A stretch of 61,036 nt of DNA. Origin: a virus. Its lineage: Duplodnaviria > Caudoviricetes. Positions 53,083 through 61,036 of this stretch are shown piece after piece (the first letter of the stretch is position 1; each line of letters starts with the position of its first letter). Below the pieces are notes generated by a model. It did not search any database and was not told where the DNA came from. It saw nothing but the letters and a program-made list of their open reading frames with translations. Both the position numbers and the translations under genes were made by a program. Where the stretch lies: positions 1 through 61,036 of IMG/VR virus record IMGVR_UViG_3300050343_000189; one strand, written 5' to 3'.

Positions 53083-53804
53083 ATGCCATTACCAAAGATT
53101 GCTACACCCAAGTATGATCTTGAGTTGCCATCAACAGGACAAACAATTCAGTATAGACCTTTTCTAGTCAAGGAAGAAAAACTTCTTGTCCTTGCAATGG
53201 AGAGTGAAGATACAAAACAGATTACGACTGCAATCAAATCTGTTCTTAAGAATTGTATTCAGACTAAAGGAGTTAAAGTAGAGAACCTACCTACATTTGA
53301 TATTGAGTATCTCTTCCTTAATATTCGTGGAAAATCTGTTGGTGAAGAGGTTGAAGTTAATTTAATCTCACCTGATGATGGGGAGACTGAAGTAAAAGTT
53401 ACTATTGGACCTTAGATGAAATCCAAGTGAAGAAAATGATAGATCATACAAAACAATTAAGATTGATGATACCTTGATGATGGAGATGAAGTATCCATCT
53501 CTTGAGCAGTTTATTTCTAACAACTTTGATTTTAATGAAAAGAATCAAATGGAACAATCCTTTGATTTGATTGCATCTTGTGTTGATAAAATTTATAGTG
53601 AAGAAGAAGTATGGGCTGCTGCTGATTGCACTAAGAAAGAAATCAAAGACTTTCTTGAGCAAATGAACTCCACTCAATTTAAAGAAATTGAAACTTTCTT
53701 TGAGACTATGCCTAAACTTTCACATACAGTGAAGTTTGAAAACCCAAATACAAAAGAAAGAAAATGAAGTTCTCCTTGAGGGGTTAGCAAGTTTTTTCGC
53801 CTAG
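53083..53804 (+). CDS. 26: Baseplate hub subunit gp26 (frameshifted)
   Basis: MPLPKIATPKY, RPFLVKEEK, FDIEYLFL.IRGKSVGE, FFETMPKL, EGLASFF; CTAAATA at 53047. Confidence 0.92.
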
Positions 53805-53806
53805 GC

Positions 53807-53960
53807 ATGATCCATATGGATCTTGAGGCTTACTTTAGACTCAATTTTGCCTTGATACAGTATCATAAATACTCATTAACTGAGATTGAAAACATGATGC
53901 CTTGGGAACGAGACATCTATGTTGAACTTCTAAAGCAACATCTTAAGGAAGAAAAAGAAA
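53807..53960 (+). CDS. 51: Baseplate hub assembly protein gp51 (appears fused to the next gene)
   Basis: NFALIQYHKYSLTEIENMMPWERDIYV. Confidence 0.85.
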
Positions 53961-56900
53961 AGCTTCGGTCTAATATTAAATATAATGCACCGCAGGCAAA
54001 GAAGACAAAGATATCTACAGATAGTTTCAAGAAAGGGACTGCAACAGAAACTGCTCCTCAATCTATAGGTCAAAAAGCACTACCACCTGCCATAAAACCA
54101 AAGACTTCAATCATTCCTTATGTAAAACCTGATGAGGTTGATGATGAAGAGGAAGGTGGTAAAAAGAAAAAAGCAAGAACAAGAAAGAAAAAAGATAAAG
54201 ATCAAAATTTATTAGAAGGAATTGCAAAGAGTGTCAGTAACATTGCTGATATTCTGAAGAAACAATATGGATTGAAGAAAAAGAAATCATCAAATGATGC
54301 AAAAAAAGCAGAGGCAGAGCAAAGAAAACTTAAAGAAAGTGGATTAGAAAAAAGATTTAAAGGATTATCAAAAGTAGCAGAGAAAGTTATTGCTCCTGTT
54401 AAGGGTGTTATTGATAGAATTCTTGACTTCTTTCTTAATATAATTGTCGGAAGATTCCTTGTTAAATTTATTGGGTGGTTTGGTGATCCTAAAAATAAAA
54501 AGAAAGTTGATTCTGTTGTAAGGTTCCTTACTGATCATGGACCTAAACTTTTAGCTGCATTTTTATTATTTGGTACGGGCATTGGTAGATTTACTGTTAG
54601 ATTATCTGCCCTTTTAATAAAAGGTGCTCTGAGATTAGGTGCTGCTGCTGCTAAGTTTGCACTTGGATTTGCAAGAAGACATCCTGCTGCTGCAGCCATA
54701 ACTGCGATTGTAGGTGGTGCCGCCCTTGTTGGCGCCATGAATAAGAAAGATGATGCTGGTTCTGTAGATGTTAGTAGTCAAAATGAAAATCCAAATTTAA
54801 ATATAGACAAAGATTCTGCTCCAGCAATGAGAGCAGGTGGATTAGTTCCACAGTATGAAGATGGTGGTGAGATAGATTTTAAAATCAAACAAAGCAAAGA
54901 AGAGAAAGAAAGTTTAATATCAAACCTCTTTGGGATGACTCCCACAGGAATGGCAATTAAAGGTGCTAAATCTGCTGGATCATCTGTCAAAAAGAAGGGT
55001 CTTGGTAATGCAGCAATGGATTTTGCTGGTGGTGCATTTGGTAATCTGAAAGGATTTATGGATGAAAAAGGCATCACTGATGTCTTAATGCAACACCCTC
55101 TTGCTAAGATGGGTGCTTTCGGATTAGGAAAAGGTAAAGAAGCATTTGGTAATCTGAAAGGCTTCATGGATGAAAAGGGTATCACTGATGCCATGATGGC
55201 ACATCCTTTTGCTAAGATGGGTGCCTTTGGTATTGATAAGTTCATGAACTTTGGCAAAGACCCTGCCAGAGATATTACAGGACAAAGTGGTCAGGATGTT
55301 AAAGGTGCTGGTGTTGATACTCAATTAATCTCTGCACGACCAGGAGACTTTGTTGTTAATAAAAAGACTGCATCAGCGATGGGTCCTGATTATTTTGATT
55401 CTATTAGTGCTAATACTGGAGAAAAAGTATCTGGAGCAGGTCCAGATACTCAAATGATTGCCGTTAGACCAGGTGAAATTGTTGTTAATAGAGAGACTGT
55501 TGGTGCTCTTGGAGCAGACCATTTCTTAGATCTTAATAGGACATTTGGTGGTTCTGGGCTAACAAACCAAAAATGGCAGAGGTTCAAGCTGCTTCTGGTG
55601 GTGGGTTTGTTCTTCCTACCTTTAGTACTGGTGGTTATGTTAGTGGCACCGATACTGGAAAAAGAGGAACACCTAATCCAAAGAAAGAAGAGAGTTCTGG
55701 TGGGGGAAATCCATCTACAGGAGATAGATCTAAGACTGAAGGAATGTCAGTTGTTTCAGTTTCTCATCCCAACACTGGCAGTGGATTTGGTATAGATGGA
55801 GTAACTGATTATAAAGGTAGACCAGGAGTATTCTCAAAAGGAGCTGCAGAAGCATTTGCTAAGATGATAACTGACTCTAGTGGTCAGGTCAAAGGTAGTG
55901 ACATTGCTAGTAGTCAGAGAAGTAAGTCATATAACGCGCATGTAGGAGGTGTTTCTAATTCTAATCACCTATATGGTAATGCTCTTGATATTCATGGAAC
56001 TTCTCAAACATGGATGAGAGCAAATGGTCAAAAGTATGGATGGATTGTAAACGATTATCCTGGGTCACACGGAGGACACTTTAACTATAAGGGTGCTGGC
56101 GCATCCCAGATGAACACACCTGATGAGGGAAGTCCAGTTGCGACTGGTCAAGGTGGTAGAGCATTAGGAAGTACAACTAGAAGAGGTGGTTCTAGTGGAG
56201 GGTCTGGTGGACCTGGTAAATCTTCTATTGTCCTTTCACTTAAAAATGGAGTACAAGGTAAGTTAAATACTGCAACTGGTAAGTTTATCTCCAGCAGAGT
56301 TTTCACCTGCTGAGAGAGCAAGATATACTCAGTTTGGGGGGGCAATTTCAGAGAAAAAACAAAAGCAAACCACAGAATAAACTTCTTGGTGCGTTGAAAG
56401 GTGCTGTAACAGGTGCTGCACTTGGTGGTGTGTTTGGAGGACCATTAGGTGCTCTCATCGGTGGTGTTTCTGGTGGTGTTTTAGGATCTGGCATACTTAG
56501 TGGACAGTCAGAGAAAAAGCACAAAGCAAAATCTTCATCGACCACAGGTCCTTCTTCAGAGGCAACGAAGAGACATGCTGAGTTGATGAATTCCAAGGAT
56601 CCTTCATCACAAAAGAGGATTGCTGATTATGATGCCAAGCATGGAGAGGGTGCATACTCTAAAGAGTTGCAGAAAAAACTAAACAAGATATATCCTGCTG
56701 CTGCAAAAGATCCTAAGTCTGGATCACCAGTAACACCAACAGGAAAGGTTGTTGGTAGAGATAAGTTATCACCTAGAGCACAGAAAGCATTATCACGAAT
56801 GGATGCACAAAAAGCAGGTGGACTGCAACCCGATATGAAAACAAGTGGACCAGCATTGGGTAGACTGGCAATGGGTGCATTAGGAGGATCTCTGCTAGGA

Positions 56901-57296
56901 CCCATGGGTATGATGGGAAGTGCTTTCTTGGGTGGTGGTGTAGAAAATATAATGGGAAATATTAGTAATGCAATGACTCAATATGGTGGGAATGTGAAAG
57001 ATGGAAATGTAGGAACACCAACAGCACAAGAACAAAAAGATTTTGACAAGCTTGCTGCTAGTAAAGAGAAACTTCGTGTAACTGAAGCTAAGTTAGGAAC
57101 TACGAATAAAGATCTAGTCACACCAGCACCACCTCCTGGTGGAGGTAATAATGTGAAAGTTGTCAGAGCACCATCTCCTGGTGGTGGAAATAATCCAAAT
57201 GATAATCAGACTGGTGGATCTGATGTAGATGCTTCATCACCTGGTAATGGTAACAAGGCAAAATGGAGTATCTTAGGTATTCCTATGCCGTTCTAA
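53961..57296 (+). CDS. Large baseplate-hub/tape-measure-like protein with an M15-type peptidase domain (frameshifted)
   Basis: Coiled coils, hydrophobic Gly/Ala segments, DTQ...PGE/DxVVN repeats, SSQRS..N..VGG..NSNHLYGNALDI...HGGH. Confidence 0.7.
55034..55230 (+). repeat. Intragenic 108-bp (36 aa) tandem duplication
   Basis: AFGNLKGFMDEKGITD..M.HP.AKMGAFG starts at 55034 and 55142. Confidence 0.9.
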
Positions 57297-57309
57297 GGAG
57301 ATATAAGAT

Positions 57310-60300
57310 ATGGCATTACCCGCATTACTAGGAGCAGGAGCAAAAGCAATTGGTGGATCCATGGTTAAGGCTGGTGGCAGAGCAGCTGCTGGCAAAGTTT
57401 TAGGTCGTGGAAGAAGGAAGCAACCAGGAAGAATCGTTCCTGGAAGAGAAGGAGTAGATGGTGGTAAAGGTGGTGCGATTATAAAACCAAAAGTTAAAAT
57501 GGTCTCTGCAAAGGAGATAAAGTCTTTGCAGACTGGTGATGCAGTATCTCCTGGAAAAGATCCTTTAAAATCTATCTATAGTAATGTAATTATAATTGAA
57601 AAAATTCTTAAAGGAACTCTCGCTGCAGAAAAAGACCAACAAAAGCAACAGAAAAAAGATGATAAGAAAGGTGATAGAGAAGCACAAGAAAAAAAATTAG
57701 AAACAAAAACTCCAAATCCGGAAAAGAAAAAATTGAAGATGCCAAAGGTTCCTGGTATGGGAATTTTTGGATTCATTAAAAATTTTATTGGCAATGTTAT
57801 CTTAGGATACTTTGCCGTAAGATTGGTAAAGTTTCTTCCCCAGATGTTGGGGTTACTTAAAGGTCTTGGTAAAGTTGTTGATTTTGTAACAGATGTTGGG
57901 ATGTTCTTGGTTGATGGTGTAGCATCATTTATTAATTTTGCTTATAATGTTTATGATGGCACCCGAAATTTGATGAAGAATATTGGTGGTGATGCATTAA
58001 TGGGTGCCTTTGATGGCATTATGAAAGCAGTTGAAGTTGCCATCACAGTATTAACATTTGCATTAGGTGCAAAGTCATTAGGTGGATTTGGTGATAGTAG
58101 AGGTGGTGGTAAAGGTAAAGGCAAACCACAGACTAGAGTTTCAGGACCAAAAGGCAATCTTTTAGGTAGTCAAGATAGAGTAACATCATCTAGTGCTGCA
58201 AGAAGATATGCCAACAGATTTGGCAGAGACGCAGCAGAAAAGAGATTTGGTAAAGATGCTGTCAGTGGTCTTGGTGGTAAGTTTGGTAGATCTAAAGCTA
58301 CTAACTTTGCTAGAGGTGCTGCTACTGGAGTTGCTAAGAAACTTGGTGGTAGAGGTGGTGTCAAGATGCTGGCATCTCTTGGAAAGATAGGTAAGTTTCT
58401 TAAAGTTCCTGTTATAGGATCTATTATCAGTGTTGTCCTTTCGTTGATGGCTGGTGATCCCATTCAGAAAGCATTATTCAAGGGAGTGGGATCTGCAGTT
58501 GGTGGTGCTCTCGGTGGTCTTCTCTCTACTGCTATCGGTGTTCCCCCATTAGGACTATTTCTTGGTGGTATTATTGGTGATTATGTTGGGGACTTACTCT
58601 ATACATTATTCTTTGGTGGAGGACTTAAGGCTGCTGGTTCTAAACTTGTTAATGATCATTAAGGGAATGTTTACTGGGATTGGTGATGGTGCCAAAGCAA
58701 TCTTTAGTTGGGTATTTGGAGGAGGTCTGCTTGATTTACTGAAGAATGTTGGTGGTGGTCTGCAAAGTTTGCACTTTATACCTTGAATCCTGGCGGACTC
58801 CTTTGGGATATTATAAAAACAACTGGTGCTGCTTATAAGGCTGTATTTGACTTTATATTTGGTGGAGGATTAATAGATCTGATTAAGAATGTTGGTGGTG
58901 GTGTTCTGAAGTTCATAGGTTATATTTTGAATCCTGGTGGATTACTATTTGATGCACTGAAAGCAGGTGGTGCTGCTGCTAAGATGATTCTTGATTTTGC
59001 TAAGAGTATTGTAGGTAATATTGTTGGTGGTGCTGTTGAAGGAACAAAAAGAGCTACTGGTGGATTCTTTGATGCACTAACATTTAATCTGTTTGACTTT
59101 GATAAAAAGAATGAGGTTGAGATCTAAGAAGAGCAGGTGGTGTAAGTTGGTAGAGGATTCCAAAAAGATACTATAGATGCTCAGAAAAAAGCAATCAGGA
59201 AAAAACCATCTTATCAAAAGATTAAAGTCCCAGAGGGTGGAAAAATAAAAACTGGGAAGAAGACTGAGAGAGCGTATTGGGATTTCCTAGGATGGGCAGG
59301 AACTGGTGGTGAAGATGAGACCGTACAACTTGGTAGTGGTGGTATGATGCTCGCTAATAAGGTTGCCAATGTTGGTAATTCTTTTGGTGACCATCCTTAT
59401 TTTGGACCTATCTTATCTCTTGCTGCTAAAGTAATTCTTGGACAAACTCCTGACGAACGAGAATATAAAAACGTTGGTTATGGTCTTAATATGTTAGTTG
59501 GTGATGGAATTAATAAAGGAAAAATTAACGAAGGTGTCAAAGGATATGAGGATGGTGGTCTTGTTAAAGAGGCTATGGCAGGAGTTGATATTAGTAGGTG
59601 GGCAACTGATACATTTAGAAAAGAATTATCTGAAACTCTTTATAAAAACTTTGATAAAAAATCTAGTGATGGATCTACTTCAGGTCCTGGTAGTGAAGGT
59701 GGAAATAGAGACTCTGCGACAGGAGAACTTCAAGATAGATCTGCAGGTGGTAGTATTACCATGGGCAGTGACTTTGAATCCACTCTTGCAAAACTTTTAA
59801 AGAATTACGAGGGACTTAGAACACAGGCATATTTGGATTCTGTGGGTATTCCGACTATTGGAATGGGAGCAACTTATTATCCAAAAGGATTCCGTCTCTC
59901 AGGTAATGTTCAAATGGGACAAACTATTACAGAGGAAGAAGCACTCTTTATTAAACAACAACATATAAAGGAACACAGAGATAGACTTTTAAGAGAACTT
60001 CCATCTTCGACTTATAATAAAGTTCCTGATAATGTAAAAGCAGCACTTGAATCTAAAGTTTTTAATTACGGAAGTCTTGGTTCAACTTTGACTAATTTAG
60101 TTACCACAGCAACTGAAAATGATAATTATAAACCAGTTTCTGACTATTTTAGAAATAGTCTTGCGGGACATGATGGTGGCATTAATAGTTGGAGAAGAAA
60201 TGATGAGGCAGGTCTCATAGACACTGGAACAAGTTCTAGAGCAGGATTATCTTTCCCTAAACAATCTGGTTCTAAAGCTGCTGAAGTATACAAAACTGCT

Positions 60301-61036
60301 AAAGTAAATGTTCCATCTCTACCAGATGAACCTGGTAACACTGATACATCTGGCAGTGGAAATATTAGTGCTAGTGGTTCTGGTGTTGTTGCTATTGGAA
60401 AAGATCTTATTAGTAAAGGGTTCTCTGTTGCAGAGCATCCAGACTTTACCAAAACTCCTACCTCTTCTGGTGGAGCATATACTCCAGGAAAAGGATCCGT
60501 ATCTAATGTACATAAAGGGGCAGGGCACTATGACGGTAGAGCAATTGATGTTACTGATTGGAGAGGATCTCTTGCAGATTCTAAGGCAAGATATCGTTCT
60601 GTCTTGACATCTCTTCAAGACAATCCTGCTATCAATATGTTAATTCATGATAGTTGGGGTGGTATGTATGCTCCTGGTCAAAAGCAAGGACCTGGTGCTC
60701 ATGGACACCCAACACACATGCACATTGAGACTAAGAGATCTCATGCAGGAACTAAACTCTCTAATAGAGAGCAGATGCTCAAGATCCTTCCAGGTCAGTC
60801 TCTGCTTGATGAGAATACTTCAAAGGCATTAGGTGCAACTAATCTTGCAAGATTTAATGCTGCTTCCACACCTGAAGAGATGAAAAATATTGCTGGACAG
60901 ATTGCAGGAGTGTCTGACTATGCATCATATGAACAAGGTGCAGAACAGACAGTCATGGTTCAAGATCCACCGCAACAACAGATGCCAGAATCCCCCAGTT
61001 CATCTGGTGGAGGACTGATGGTAATGGGTGGAGGTT
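57310..61036 (+). CDS. Large baseplate-hub/tape-measure-like protein with GH24 lysozyme and M15-like domains (frameshifted, 3' truncated)
   Basis: YEGLRTQAYLDSVGIPTIG (E-x8-D-x5-T) near 59810, RRNDEA near 60195; GHYDGRAID...HPTHMHIE near 60525-60730. Confidence 0.75.

Noticed and set aside
53807-55795. Apparent gp51 / tape-measure fusion protein (662 aa ORF)
   Set aside because: Abrupt junction near 53960 removes the gp51 end and the next gene's start; similar drop-outs occur near 3122, 20288, 21100 and 51300, so probably a consensus artefact.

Overview
A 61 kb stretch of an AT-rich T4-like marine cyanomyophage genome (Kyanoviridae-like; the psbA/psbD pair and tRNA set suggest a Synechococcus host). 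Left to right: 3' part of nrdB; a cluster of six tRNAs with several structured RNAs (manA-like, wcaG-like and two unassigned elements); an ~18 kb nucleotide-sugar/glycosyltransferase island; an outer-membrane-protein gene and a hli/small membrane peptide operon; a block of cell-wall hydrolase, membrane and exported proteins; a large putative virion polyprotein; psbA and psbD with a PhotoRC-II leader; talC, glutaredoxins, a glutamine-riboswitch/DUF4278 locus, thyX and phoH; T4 core genes 33, 59, 32, 53, 48, 4, 26 and 51; and two large baseplate-hub/tape-measure-like proteins with peptidoglycan hydrolase domains. The sequence has many 1-bp indels and several apparent drop-outs, typical of an error-prone long-read consensus, so split ORFs are treated as intact genes and some boundaries are approximate. 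All family assignments come from motif recognition by eye; no searches were run. Strongest leads: (1) a nested, apparently double glutamine-riboswitch architecture with a ~53-codon ORF inside the aptamer, upstream of a DUF4278 (glutamine synthetase inactivating factor-like) gene; (2) an RfbH + ThDP enzyme + PanB + reductase cassette suggesting an undescribed branched-chain sugar pathway; (3) unassigned structured RNAs in the tRNA cluster.
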